From Octopus vulgaris (lineage: Eukaryota): 64,000 nt of DNA. The first letter of the stretch is position 1, and each line of letters starts with the position of its first letter. The stretch lies in the NCBI GenBank assembly GCA_951406725.2, contig OX597827.1, forward strand, positions 59,086,001 through 59,150,000, given 5' to 3'. A program made the position numbers and the translations under genes. Under the pieces are notes generated by a model that ran no database searches, was not told where the DNA came from, and saw only the letters and a list, made by a program, of their open reading frames with translations. This document shows positions 1-16,237 of this stretch, in pieces.

Positions 1-138
1 CCCAGGACTTATTCTTTGTAAGCCCAGTACTTATTCTATCGGTCTCTTTTGCCGAACCGCTAGGTGATGGGGACGTAAACACACCAGCATCGGTTGTCAA
101 GCAATGCTAGAGGGACAAACACAGACACACAAACATAT

Positions 139-171
<33 letters not shown>

Positions 172-343
172 CCCATATATACGACAGGCTTCTTTCAGTT
201 TCCGTCTACCAAATCCACTCACAAGGCATTGGTCGGCCCGAGGCTATAGCAGAAGACACTTACCCAAGATGCCACGCAGTGGGACTGAACCCGGAACCAT
301 GTGGTTGTAGGCAAGCTACTTACCACACAGCCACTCCTGCGCC
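1..343 (-). mobile_element. tRNA-derived SINE (family A, head GGCGCAGGAGTGGCTGTGTGGTAAG) with internal TA/CA microsatellite; truncated by window edge
   Basis: Same sequence recurs at ~8075-8452(-), 19673-20056(+), 26699-26860(-), 33463-33630(-), 39412-39845(+), 50586-51051(+), 60290-60664(-); Pol III A/B-box-like head. Confidence 0.85.
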
Positions 344-1509
344 TATAAAAATAGGCGCTTATCTGAAAATAAGAATTAAATCTTTTTTTGCTGAAAAGGC
401 TCTGCCCATGGTTTTGAAATGCAAAAAAATTGGCCAAAATCTGTCTGGAGTGGAATGATGAGGGTGGGGTGGGGTAGGTTGTTCAAAAAAATTTTTTTTA
501 ACCTTTTTTTTTCATAAAAGGATGTTCCTTGTCCACATCATTTCGAAGGTTGTGGTTAAGAAGAAATGGGGAAAATCCCCATCAAAACGGAGTAGTTCCA
601 CCTTATTTGGTCTTCCTGATCCGAAATTCCGTTTTTCGAAACTCGTCTCCTCAACCCTCTGAAAAGAATTCTCCCCACAGATTTCTTTACAATTGTAATC
701 TATGCCGTTTGAAAGGTATTTGTATGAAATCTCATTAAAAAATATCCATTTTCCTGAAAGTTACGAGGGAAAAAGTCAGATCGTGTAAATTTTCCGAAAC
801 TCCTCTCTCTACCTACTCAAAAAAATTCTTTCCCATAAATCCTTATATACTGTAAATCCACAGCATTTAAGCGGTATTTGTTGAAAACTTCGTTAAAAAG
901 TATCCATTTTTCTGGAAGTTATAACACAATAAACCTGGTGGTGGGGTACACATCTGTAGTGTGGTAGTTTTGTTTGTATGCTTGCTTGCTTGCATGCGTG
1001 CTTGTCTGTTATTTGATACAGCCAAACAGGGACATAATGGGAAAATACTCTAAAAGTAAGTTACCCCTGAAATACAAATGGAATAAAACATGTTTCGCGT
1101 AAATTGAACCACGGATTCCGGATATACACGGTTTTTGAAGGTACCTCCATAGATAGCCAAAACGGTACATAATGGGAAAATACTCCGAAAGTATCATAAT
1201 CTTGAAATGGAAAAATTGTTTCCATTAATTTTATGTTTACGTTGTATAACAATTCCTTTTCCATTTTTTGTAGAAGTGCCATAAATAAATTCTGTTGCTG
1301 GAGTTCAAGTTTATCCCGGAAGTTCTGTTTCTATTAGTCCTACTGCATGACATCTTGGGCAAGTGTCATCTGAGATAGCCTCGGGCTGACCAAAGCCTTG
1401 TGAGTAGATTCGGAGGACAGAAACTGAAAGAAGCTCCTTGTATACATGTGTATGTATGTGTGTATATATGTATATGTGTGTCTTTGTCTCTGTATTTGAA
1501 CCTACACTC

Positions 1510-1850
1510 GCCTCCTTATGAGAGCTCAAAATCTCTCGTGGAAGCGTCATCCAACCAAAATGCAAATATATGGGGAAACTACCACCTGTGTCATCTCTTG
1601 TGAAAGGTAGGAGAGTCCAGTTTGCAGGACATTGTTGTAGAGCTGAAAACGAGGCAATTTCTACTCTTCTCCTCAGGAAGCCATCTACTCACAATACCAG
1701 AGGGTGCACACTCTCCTACCATGATGTAATCTCCAGGGATACAGGCATCCAGCAACAGGACCTCCGTAATGCTATGATGGACCGTGAAGTCTGGCGGAGC
1801 ATGGTAAATTCCATTGTCTCGACCACGGTCGAACAATGATGATGATGATT
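1510..1850 (+). mobile_element. 3' fragment of RTE-like non-LTR retrotransposon with (TGA)n tail
   Basis: ORF 1570-1839 'RRVQFAGHCCR...AMMDREVWRSMV' resembles RTE C-termini; followed by tgatgatgatga. Confidence 0.6.
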
Positions 1851-2354
1851 TGTCATCCTCCACTGCTTGACAACCAGTGCTGGCGTGTTTACATCCCAGT
1901 AAGCAAGCGGTTTGGCAAAAGGAACCGACAGATTAAGTACCACATTTAAAAAGTAAGTTCTGCGGTCGATACATTTCACTAAAAACTCTTCGAGGCGGTG
2001 TTCCTGCGTGGTCGCAGTCTAATGACTGAAACGAATAAAAGATAAAAGCTGCGATCTAGGATACGTCCCTTCATGACACCGAGTGGTAAAAAAGCACTGG
2101 ATATTTCAGACCAGGCGAGGATAACTCACTTCGCAGGCGAACGAGAACGTGGATATCGATATTTCGCTGTATTTCAGCTTGTCAACGCTATACACTTGAC
2201 TCAACTGGAAACGAAGTGAATCGCTGGTCTAAGATATAGAAGCAAATAGCGTAAAGTCTATTTGCCGATATGCTAAAGCGTAGCACAAGTGAAACAAAAG
2301 AAAATGAAATTTATATATACAAACATACATATGTGCACACGCGTACGCACATGC

Positions 2355-2390
<36 letters not shown>

Positions 2391-2479
2391 ATAGATAGAT
2401 TAATACATAGATATAGATATAAATGTACACTCAAATGTTGTATTGTATGAATAAGGAATTTTTGAAATTAATCTTTCAG

Positions 2480-2524
2480 ACAGGAAAAATGGCGATGTCT
2501 GTGGCGCTTTATCATCAGAGACAG
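2480..2524 (+). CDS. Candidate upstream coding exon of ferritin gene A (xRKNGDVCGALSSET-G, phase 1-1)
   Basis: ttaatctttcag acceptor, 45 nt open, phase matches the phase-1 start of exon 6229; donor AG|gtgata is weak and no counterpart was found in gene B. Confidence 0.35.
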
Positions 2525-2802
2525 GTGATAGGAAAGGAGGGAGCGAGTGAGGTATCTCCAAACTGGAAACTGGATACCTGGTTCAAACGCTTGCAACACC
2601 GAGGTCTCCGTTACATTCAATCAAGGATAAGGTGGTGGTACATTTTGTAGGGCGTATGGTGTATTTAACCTGAATATTTACCTTACGAATGCGATCTTAA
2701 GGCAATGTATGTGCATATATATATAATCTATCTATCTATCTTCATATATATATATATATATATGTGTGTGTGTATCTGTGTATGTGTGTGTGTGTGTGTG
2801 AA

Positions 2803-3030
2803 GGCGCATGGCTCAGTGGTTAGAGCGTCGAGCTTACGATCGTGAGGGCGTGAGTTCGATTCTCGGACCGGGGTGCGTGTTGTGCTCTAGAGCAAAACAC
2901 TATATTTCACGTTGCTCCAGTTCACTCAACTGTAGAAATAAGTGGCGACATCACCGATGTCAAGCTGTATCGGCCTTTGCCTTCCCCATGAATAATATTG
3001 GTGGCGTGGAGAGGGGAGGCTGGTATACAT
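2803..3030 (+). mobile_element. tRNA-derived SINE (related copy at ~63652-63905)
   Basis: TGGCTCAGTGG A-box and GTTCGATTC B-box followed by a non-tRNA body shared with the 63652 copy. Confidence 0.7.
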
Positions 3031-3319
3031 AGTATTTAAAATTGGTACTATTGGAACTTATACACAAAGTACAGGAATCTTAAATGTATACCATTCTACT
3101 GCAGCTACCATATCCCTGCGTATCTCAAGTCTATTTTCATTCCTCCACTTCCCTCTCTATTTCATATCTTCTCTAGAATAACTATTGCTTAACCATTTTC
3201 TCGCACCGTCTCCGATGAAGGGATATATAAAATATCCCGGAAACAGGTGTAAGACTATCTCTTTATAAATGATCTGAAATCTTTCACAGCCTTGGATTTT
3301 TATCTCATTCTGTTAATTT

Positions 3320-3415
<96 letters not shown>

Positions 3416-3416
3416 A

Positions 3417-3518
<102 letters not shown>

Positions 3519-3532
3519 CTCTATATCTATAA

Positions 3533-3570
<38 letters not shown>

Positions 3571-4626
3571 AATTAGAGATAAAACCACTGTTATGCAAGT
3601 CAAACATTGATAGACATAAACCAATACATAAATAACAAATAATATATATTTTTTATAAAACATATAACTTATAACTAGACCTCAAAAAGTATAAAAATGA
3701 ATGATCAATATATATATTAATAAAAAAAAACTACATACGTTTCATGGGTACAATTAAATTCGAATTACAATTAAGTTTAAATTCAATTGAAATAAATTCG
3801 ATTTAAAATTATAGTCAATCTTCAGGTTAATGATAATAGTTAAATAAAAAAGCAAATAGAGTTAAACAATATTTATTTAAGAAATAAATAAAATAATTTT
3901 TCTTATTGAAAAAAACTCCATTAACTAAATTAGAAACTTAAAACATTAGGATTATTTCCTACAACACATCTATTATGTTAAATATTTAATTTTTTAGGTT
4001 AAAAAATAGATAGAAATATGTATTTATCTTTGAATATATAATTTGGCTTTAAAAAACATAATAAACTATCGAATATCTTTAACTCAGTTATACTCCAATA
4101 TTTAATTACCAAATTATTTAACAAAATCACTATTAATATTTTTAGATTTAAGTTGATATCTAATAATTGTAAAATAATCAATACATAAAAATAAGTATCT
4201 AAATTATAATCAACAAATATAGTAATTAAAAATATAATACATTAAATTTTTTCTATCAATAAATATATAAACATATAACCAAAAATAAATAAATTAGTCC
4301 ATTATTACTTATATAAATATTATAAATATCTATAGAATATATTCATGAAATACAATTTAAAAATTAAAAATCAAATTAAAAACGTATAACCTATCTTTAA
4401 AAAATCATATGACTATTTTACGATTTATATACCACAGTGACTAACTAACATCTTAAAATTTACGTACAGTTATAATAATCATATACTAATAATAATAAAA
4501 TAAATATATACATATCTAAATTATCATTAACATCTAAAATAATTATAGATTCAAATTTAACAATCAATAGTTATATAGAATACGATACGATAAAATTTCT
4601 TAAATAAAAAAGTTTATTTAACTCTC

Positions 4627-4671
<45 letters not shown>

Positions 4672-4675
4672 CATA

Positions 4676-6142
<1,467 letters not shown>

Positions 6143-6228
6143 ATATATATATCAAGAAACAAATTACAATAGTAACAACAATAACAACGTCAAGTTTACT
6201 CGATCTAATGATCTCATTTTTTTTTCAG

Positions 6229-6308
6229 TTGATAAAGTTACCGACGTTCCCAACTTGAACGAGCAGATACAGAAAGAGTTACAAGCGAGCACCTTTTACC
6301 TGGCGGCG
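6229..6308 (+). CDS. Ferritin gene A, helix-A exon (V)[26 protein letters not shown]
   Basis: ttttttcag acceptor and gtaagt donor; aligns to ferritin INRQINLELYASYVYLSM (E27, Y34 kept); paralogous to gene B exon 48885-48961. Confidence 0.9.
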
Positions 6309-6475
6309 GTAAGTATCCAGTGAAATAATTATAATGCTAATTCATGGGATGAACGCAGAACAGGGAATCGAAATAATTACGTATCAATTCATTCTGAATA
6401 CATTCTTGCTGGTTCGAATATAAATATCTGACGGTTGGTGTTTTTCCCCGCCGGGGAAACCTCTTTCCTTTGGAC

Positions 6476-6569
<94 letters not shown>

Positions 6570-8681
6570 ATGTGTGTGTGCATAACACATGATTCACTGA
6601 TTCAGCAGTGTAAGATATCACGGTGCTTCGACCTCGTTCTGTGACTCATCAGTTGCACCTAGCTCCCGGATTATTGAACGTCACAGGAGCATGAACATTT
6701 ATTTATTACAATCAACACACAATTTTTCTGCTGATGAGTGCAGCTGACTACCAAAGAGCAATGATGAATGGAATGCACACAGAACAGAACTCAAACAATA
6801 ATGTTTATAATCATTCTTTTTAAGTTCTGGCAGTTTAACTCGTGAATATTTGATCGTTGTTTTTCACCATCGGAGAACACCTCTTTCCTTTATGTCATAA
6901 CACACGCGATTCATTGGTTCAACTGTGTAAAGGTACTTCAAGACACACCGCCTTGTATCGACCACGTCGTCTGTCTTCTCAGTCAACGTTACCCCACCGC
7001 ACCGATGAATCTCACAAGAGCATGAAATCTTGTATACAGGAATCATCAAGCAAACTATTTGCTGGTGCGTGGAGATGTCTTGCCAAACATATAATACTTT
7101 GTGACAAAATTTACAATTTTTTTTGTCTTTGGTTAGTAAGGATTATTTCCCATTTGCTTCTATCTAGAAATCAAAGGAAACTATTCCCTTTAAACTTACC
7201 TTCTATGTCTTGGGCATCAATGTTTTCAAACTGGTCTATTCTCCATTACATTCCAGACAAATTCAGCGCTGAGTTGCTGAAGCAGAAATATCGTGATAGC
7301 AAATGCTCTGCCTAATACCATATAATTGCTTGACATTTGCTGGACCTTAACCACTTGAGCTCCTCCCTTGGTGGCTGACAATATGTGCATTTCTGATCAT
7401 AAACAGAAGTAAAGGGGGAGCATCATAACCACGTGTTGAGAGGGATTCTTTGAAAATCAAAGATTGAAAGAAATACTAACCATTTTCCGTACTTTCTAGG
7501 GGTAAGCAAATAGAAAATAAGAATTGCTACTGAAGGACAAAAAATCGTGTTACACAGTGTAATTGATTGAGTGCGCACAGAACAATGAGAATTCAAACAA
7601 TAATTTAGCTATCAATTCTTATGAATAGATACGTTATTGTTACGACATTCATTTTTAAAACATAAGCTCAACGCCACTTGTTTTGGAGAAGGAAAGTAAA
7701 CTTTTATCTCTTCATAATTTTTAATCAATGAAGTAGATTGATTATCCTGTGATTGTTGAAAATTTTTATTGTCATCATTTTTGCGGTGATACTTTAAAAT
7801 CAGGTTAGTTTTAGCTCAAGAGATACATATAGTTTTGAGGGCAGCATGCGGCTTGCGAGGTGCAGTTTTGGCCAGTGTTAGTATAAATTGCTTTCAAATT
7901 TTGGCACAAGGCCAGCAGTTTCAAGGTAGAGGTAAGTCGGTTGTATCCACCCCCAGAGTTCAACTGGTACTTATTTCATCGACCCCAAAAGAGGATGAAA
8001 GGTAAAGTCGACCTCGACAGAATTTGAATTCAGAACGTAGCGAATAGCAAAATACCACTAAGAATTTTTGTCCATCGCCGCCCAAATAATAATAATAAGT
8101 CGAACAAATGACCCCAGGACTTACTCTTTGCGTGCCTAGTACTTATTCTATTGGTTTCCCTTGCCGAACCGCTAAGTTACAGGGACCTAAACACACCAAC
8201 ATCGGTTGTCAAGCGATGGTGGAAGGACAAACACAGACACACCAATATACAGACAAACATATACGTATATATATACATACATATACACATACAACGGGCT
8301 TCTTTCAGTTTCCGTATACTGAATCCACTCACAAGGCTTTGGTCGAACCGAGGCTATAGAAGACACTTGTCCAAGGTGCCACTCAGTGGGACTGAACTCA
8401 GAACCATGTGGTTGCTAAGTAAGCTATTTACCACACAGCCACTCCTGCGCCTAATAATAATAATCCTTTCAACTGAAAGCACAAGGCCTCAAATTTGGGG
8501 GAATGGATTTAGTCGATTACATCAATTCCAGTGCATAACTGGTACATATTTAAATGACCCGAAAAGATGAAAGGGAAAGTCGACCCCGGCGGAATTTAAA
8601 CTCAGAACGTAGCGACGAGCGAAATACCGCTAAGCATCTCGTCCAGCGCGCTAACGATTCTGTCAGCTCGCTGCCCTAATG

Positions 8682-8742
<61 letters not shown>

Positions 8743-8776
8743 TAACAATAACAATAATAATAACAATAACAATAAC

Positions 8777-8826
<50 letters not shown>

Positions 8827-9145
8827 CGCTAAGCATTTTGCCCAGTGTGCTAACAATTTTGTCAGCTCACCGCCTTAACGTTATACTGATTTCCTATACG
8901 TCGCTGCAAGTAATTAAATGGCACTCATTCAAGCTAACGAAGGATCATCTATGTGGGCCTTTGATCAGCTAGAATTAACAACCGAATATACATTGAATTA
9001 AACCATACAGTCTTAAATAACTAAAGGACAGATAAGATAATATAGTCTCTGATACTTCTAAAAAAAGATAAGACAATCATGGAGGAAAATTTTTCTTTGA
9101 TCATAGATCTGCTTATTCAGGATTGACATGAGGGCTGAGTACCAA

Positions 9146-9539
9146 CAAGAGCTTTGGAAGCACTCCCTCGGTTACGACGACGAGGGTTCCGGTTGATCCG
9201 AATCAACGGAACAGCCTGTTCGTGAAATTAACGTGTAAGTGGCTGAGCACTCCACAAACACGTGTACCCTTAACGTAGTTGTCGGGGATATTCATCGTGA
9301 CACAGAGAGTGACAAGGCCGGCCCTTTGAAATACAGGTACAACAGAAACAGGAAGTAAGAGTGAGAGAAAGTTGTGGTGAAAGAGTACAGCAGGGATCAC
9401 CACCATCCCCTGTCGGAGCCTCGTGGAGCTTTAGGTGTTTTCGCTCAATAAACACTCACAACGCCCGGTCTGGGAATCGAAACCGCGATCCTATGACCGC
9501 GAGTCCGCTGCCCTAACCACTGGGCCATTGCGCCTCCAC
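9146..9539 (-). mobile_element. Young tRNA-derived SINE (family B, head GGAGGCGCAATGGCCCAGTGGTTAG)
   Basis: Near-identical ~390-bp copy at 49723-50105; head-only copy at 43757; A-box TGGCCCAGTGG, B-box GTTTCGATTCC. Confidence 0.88.
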
Positions 9540-10205
9540 GCCAACAAGAGCTATAACAAAAACAACAACTGAAGTATAAAAATGCTAGTTAACAACAATC
9601 AAAGACATAAATTACAAAAATAGTGATTAAAAACGTATTATTTTTATAATTGTTTACTTCAGAAAAAACTGAAGGACCGCTGCAATAAGTGTGTGAATCT
9701 GCGAGGGGAAATATGTTGAATAAAACCATAGTTAACTGATCCTCCTGTATTTTCTTTTATCCAAAGCCAGGAACTTCTCAGCACTCCCTCATACCTGTGC
9801 ACTTTGGGTATGTGCAGTGTTTTATTTTGATTTTGTATTTTGCTCTTCTATTTACTCTGTCCCACAGAAGTGTTTTTAGTCGTATTTTCTGTGTGCTGTG
9901 CATCTGTACAAGTCCCGACATCTTAATTATGCATTTGTCCACATCCTTTTTAATCAGTCCCGAGTTACCTGTTACTGGTGGGGTACTTTCTGCTTTCAGT
10001 CCCCACATTTTCTGTCTTCAGTTCCCACATTTCTATTTGCATATTTTTGCATTTCATTCTTTTGTCCTTTTATTTCATTTACTTGTTTCAGTCTTCAGAC
10101 TGCGGCCTTGCTGGAGCACCGCTCTGACGATTTTTAGTCCATATACTTGACCCCAGTAGTTATTTTAAAGCCTGCTACTTTATCTATCGGGATCCCTTAC
10201 AGTAA

Positions 10206-12460
10206 TTACAGGGGCATAAACAAACCAACACTGGTTTCCAGTCCATATTCATGTGGGATCGTAGTGTAAAGGTTTATTACATCAAAGGAGACGATTAAAG
10301 TGTCTTTATCGGTATGTTTAGGGAGATGATTTAATAGGTCCAGGTCATCTCTTACAATACTTGGAATGTGTTTCAGTATTGATTTTAGGATGATATCGAT
10401 AAAGTTGCTAAGTCTGTGTCTTTCACAGCTTGGGCCTGCCACTATTAGTCTCAGTTTGAGATCAGTGGGATGTGGTATAGTGATGCAGGTTGAAGTGGAC
10501 TTTTTGCAAGCTTCTGTGATAATTTTACTCTTGTGTATCTTTGGAAGCCCATAGAGCGTGCTGGTTTTGCAATTAAAGTTTGTTATGTAGTCGCATTCCT
10601 TTGCTGTTAAGTCATTCCGGTGTTGGTAAATGAGTGCCTTCAATTTGGTCATTGTTTTGGATTGTTGGTAGTTAACTACTCTTTCATAGTAGGCAGTATC
10701 TTGTAAAAGGTGAGATACAGAGTTTTTATATTGTTCAGTATTCATAATAACGACAGTACTACCCTTATCTGCTTCCTTTATTGTGACGTCATGATTATCT
10801 CGTGGCGTATGGATGATTTCCCATTCTCTTTTACTGGTGTTGGGTTTGGGTTTAGGTTGTGGGAGTTCACCATAAGGGAAGTTTGAGATGTAGTCGCAAA
10901 AATTTGTCTAAGGTTTTGTTTCTGCCTTTTATGGGATTATAGCTGCTTTTGTTACGAACCATTGATTCGTCGTTATTAGTTTCTATGTCAAAAAATTCCT
11001 CTGTGAAGCGTAATTTTCTGCAAAAGTGTGAGATGTCATCCTGTATTTCCCTCAGGTTAGGGTATTGCGGAGTTGGGGTGAATCTTAGTCCTTTTGAAAG
11101 GATTTTTATTTGTGGTGTCGACAGGTTTAGGTTTGAGAGATTCACTACTTTTGGTTTTTCGGGGTTGGTATCTACCATCTGGTGTCGTGGAAACTGATGC
11201 CCTTGCCTAAAAAATGATTCCTGGGGGTTCTTCTAACTGCCGTATTTTGATGTGTGTGGTTCTTTCCCCCGTTGATATGTTGTCTGCTGAAGGGGTTTTG
11301 GTTGTTCCAGAGTCTGGGTTGTTGGTGTGGCCTACTGGAAGCGTTTTGGATATTCCAGGTTCTGGGTTTTTCGTACTGGGTGTAATATTGGTTCCTTAGA
11401 CTGGGTTGGAAACCCCATTCATGGTTTAGAGGTGAATTCTTATATATTGGGAGGGAACTCCGAGTTTGGAACGATTTGGGTTGGGATCTACAATCATAGT
11501 CTAGAGGTAGGTTTCTAAGTGATGGGTAGGATCTCCGATTCTGGAACGGTTCTAGTGTGGGTTGGGGTCTACATTGTCTGGTAAAGTTTTGTCTTGTGTT
11601 GGTGGGTGTCTGGGTTCTTTTGATGGGATTGTAGAGCTGTCTGTAAGTTCTGTTATTGTTGTCATTGTTAGGGGTGGTACGTGTTCGGTGTTTTGTGATA
11701 TGTTTTCTTTGTTTTTGGTGAGGGGTGTGAGTTGAAGTTAATATTTTAAAATATGGGTTGCTTGTACGGTGTTCGTTTTTGAACTCTGTTTCATAACTGG
11801 CGAACCAGCTGTTTTTTTCTATTCGTTGGAGGGATGTTAGTTCTTCATCCTCGCAGTTTTTTCTCCAGAGTTTGGTGGTTTTATCAAGGAGTGCTCCTTC
11901 ACAGTGTTTTGAGATTTCAATCTGCATTTCATTGTCAAGGGTCTTGAATTTTTCTTCACTAGCATTGGCTCTGAGCCGCAATAGTTCTATTTCTGTTTTG
12001 AATTTTTCGCTCCCTGAGGTTTTGTTGATTTTCTGGTTCATTTTGGATGGGCTTTATTTGCAGTTTTTTGGGTGGGATGATAGGGTTGGAGTTGATCCAC
12101 TTTTCATAAATGTCTGCTTTGTTATTATTTTTTATGAAGTTCCAGAAAGCAAACTTGCGTGCTTTGAGATTTTTAATCCAGATGTTGTTAAGAGTGTTTT
12201 TAACTGAGTAGCAGTCTTTAGTTTGTTCATGCTTTGGGAGTATTGTCGTCTCTATAGATTTGATTAGATTTTGTAATGTTGGGATGATGTCAGGGGTTTG
12301 ATTGGCTGTTTTAGCCTCCAGGAGTCCATTTAGGTATAAGTGCGATTGTTCGACTTTGTTGATTAGGGTTGAAAGTTTCGAGGAGATTTCTTGTAATTCT
12401 TTTAGGATATTTTGGTTCATTAAAGTTTCTGCTTGTTGTGACTTAGGTGGCATTTTCGGG
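10206..12460 (-). mobile_element. Penelope-like retroelement, N-terminal region plus start of RT, frameshifted and 3'-truncated
   Basis: Overlapping ORFs 11959-12453, 11172-12041, 10867-11178, 10206-10745 with VVNLS..ILSKGLRFTPTP, ADKGSTVVIMN, LYGLPKIHK, SFDVINLYTTIP. Confidence 0.85.
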
Positions 12461-13090
12461 ACATATATATTTGAAAAATTGAAATTTTACTGACCAATTT
12501 TCTTCAGAATCGTAATCTTAGTATTTTTCTACGTATTTCGCAAAAGAAAAAAAATTTCTGGGACAAGTGAAAAATAAGGAGGGGGTGAAGGGGGGGGGGG
12601 GGATTGAAATTTTGAAAATGCGATTTAAAAAATTTTTTTTTTCAGAATCGGATCATCCATCACCAAAAACGTGGGATTCGGTAAAAAAAAATCAATATAT
12701 ATATATATATATATCCATTTTACCGGAAATTATGACGGAAAAATCGGATCTTGTGAATTTTCCGAAAGTCCCCTCCCCACCTCCACCCCAGGGTCGTCTT
12801 CGCGCATTTTTTTTCATATTCCTTTTTCACATACTTGTTAACAGCCCCCCCCCTTGTTTTTCCTTGTGGGATATTGTATAGTATCAGTATTTCGTCTGTC
12901 GTTACGTTCCGAGTTCAAATTCCGCCGAGGTCGACTTTGCCTTTCATCCTCTCGAGGTCGATAAATTAAGTACCAGTTACGCACTGGGGTCGATATAATC
13001 GACTTAATCCCTTTGACTGTCCTTGTTTGTCCCCTCTATGTTTAACCCCTTGTGGGTAGTAAAGAAATAAATTATTATTATTATTATTAC

Positions 13091-13851
<761 letters not shown>

Positions 13852-14026
13852 TTGAAGTAGTACATTACCCGTACATATTTTACTGATACAGAAGGATGAA
13901 AGCTGGTGATGTCTTCAGCGAGATTTAAGCTAAAAAAAATTAAGGAACATCATTAAATACTTGATGCTGCTGAAGTTTTATCGCTTCTGTAAAATAATAT
14001 CAACGAAAACTTTATATTCATTTCAG

Positions 14027-14173
14027 TCTCATTATTTCGAAAGAAGTGATATGGCTTTGCATGGCATTTCTAAATTCTTCCATAAAATGTCCTCTGAAGA
14101 GAAAGGTCATGCCGATAAACTGATGACCTACATGAACATGAGGAAATCTCCACCTAAAACCCCAAATATTTCG
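14027..14173 (+). CDS. Ferritin gene A, helix-B exon SHYFERSDMALHGISKFFHKMSSEEKGHADKLMTYMNMRKSPPKTPNIS
   Basis: tttcag / gtaggt boundaries, 147 nt, phase 0-0; EExxH ferroxidase motif; same length as gene B exon 46679-46825. Confidence 0.95.
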
Positions 14174-14386
14174 GTAGGTACATTTATTGATTATTTTTCT
14201 TAAGATGCTGTTATTTTATTCTTTATTTTAATTAACTATATATCCATTGTCTTGCACATATTATGTCAGCCTTGTAAAGCAGAAAGGGCAAAGGCAAAGT
14301 CGATCTAAGATTAAAGTATGTAACGAGAATATAACGTGCGACAGGGTTTGTATAATTCTGCCATCTTTCACCGACACGCAAACACA

Positions 14387-14470
<84 letters not shown>

Positions 14471-14859
14471 CAGATACACACATAAAAATATCCAAACGAG
14501 AAGATGGATTGAATAGACTTTATTACATGTCACTACAATTGTTTCAGTGCATCATTACCACCTGTTCCTTAGTGAATGTTACATATATTATAAAAGAAAA
14601 ATATGGCTAATATCGCTCAGCAATAGTAGCATATGCGCTTCTTTGGGTGAATACATTCAGCAGCTCTGTTAGATCACGCTCAGATTCTCCATATTCTATA
14701 CCTAGAGTGAAATGTTGTTTTTAGCATACCACAGACAAAGAAAGGCAAACAACAAAAGCCAGTTGCACACTCATTCACCTTAAGCCACAAACACATCCTC
14801 ACCAGCTGAAATTTTAAAAACGATAAACTAGAATATTTAAGCATAAGAAGATCAATAAG

Positions 14860-15550
14860 ACCGGCTGACCGGATGGATTCTTAGAACCTTTAGAACAAGA
14901 GACCAGGAAACCATGATGGTCCTCTGGAGGACACTTGTCCTAAGCCACTTTGACTATTGCTCTCAGCTATGGTCGCAATCCAGTGTCAAGTTAATCACAG
15001 AACTTGAGGCGATCCAACGAAGCTACACGAAGAAGATAGCCTCTGTGCAGCATATAAGCTATTGGGAAAGACTCAAGAGATTGAGACTCTATTCCTTAGA
15101 GCGTAGGCGAGAAAGATATGCCATAATATACATCTGGAAGATCCTAGAAGGACTTGTCCCAAACTTTGGCATCGTGAGCTACATAAATGCCAGAACTGGG
15201 CGCCACTGCATAGTTCCAAGGACTCCAAATTTGCCATCAAGATGTAGGACAAGATACTGTGATAGCCTGGGTTCCGAGGTCCACAGCTCTTCAATATCCT
15301 CCCGAAGAACCTAAGAGACCTGCATGGGGTGGATGCAGATGTCTTTAAAATGAAACTGGATCTCTTCTTTCAGGTGTCCCAGATGAACCAACTTCACGGC
15401 AGGAGGTGCAGATGAGGGCGGCTGCATCGAACTCTCTCATGCACCAAATGGCAATTGCTAAAAAGCATTCGTGAAGTAAAATCATGTAGCAACACCAAAT
15501 GGCGGTGCCCCAGCATGGCCACAGCTTGTGAGCCGAAACTAGATAAAAAT
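14860..15550 (+). mobile_element. CR1-group LINE 3' fragment
   Basis: ORF 14913-15314 'LVLSHFDYCSQLWS...RLKRLRLYSLERRRERY'. Confidence 0.8.
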
Positions 15551-16237
15551 AAATAAAAATAAAATAAAAGAGATAAACATCATCAATTGAAGATTTCTTG
15601 TCACTTTTCCACTTCAAAGCAATCCCTGCAGCATCTGTTGCAAACCCTGGTAACACGGAGGAGAGAAAAGTCAATGAAAATAGTGGGGCCTGGCCAGCCG
15701 CTATCAGTTTGTGTCGCTCACCGTCGAGACGTCGGGTGTTCTCTGACCTTGTACTACCACTTTCATCTGCAAAATACAGATAGCGGCGGTCCGTCGGAGA
15801 AATGAGCCTTAGGAAGAGGATAACTGCTGTAGCGATTGTCGTTGTCCATTTTCGATGGCAATGTCACTGCGGCCATTACCGAGGGGTGCGGCTGAGCACC
15901 CACCTTGTTCTGGGATATGTAGCCTATATCCCCTCCACCTTCCGCTGATTTACTCCATCACCATCACCACCACCACCACCTTCTTTTTCCTTCTTTTTCT
16001 TTTTTAACTCGCTTCTTTACTGTTTCTTTGTATTCGATTCCCAGCATAGGAAACTGTTACTTCCCGTTCCATGGTGTCAGGCCCCTTATTCTGGAATGCC
16101 ACAGCAACTAGATGTAACCCGACAGTAAATCAAAATTCCATAAATACTCTACGTAATTTTCTATTGATTCGAATGGAAAAATGTGTGGCTCGTGGACTTC
16201 AGTTTGAACAGTTTTCATTACTTGGAAAAATGCGAGC

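Noticed and set aside
2423-2650. ORF as a standalone gene or start exon (MAMSVALYHQRQ)
   Set aside because: No recognisable homology or signal-peptide character; only a different-frame 45-nt exon fits gene A phase, and weakly
2803-2875. tRNA gene (also 9465-9539, 43757-43830, 63652-63725)
   Set aside because: A/B boxes are present but run into repeated SINE bodies with no convincing cloverleaf; these are SINE heads
6700-7880. 152-aa ORF 6857-7315 as a host gene
   Set aside because: No recognisable motif or splice context; more likely a decayed DNA-transposon remnant (possibly hAT) on the opposite strand, too degraded to call
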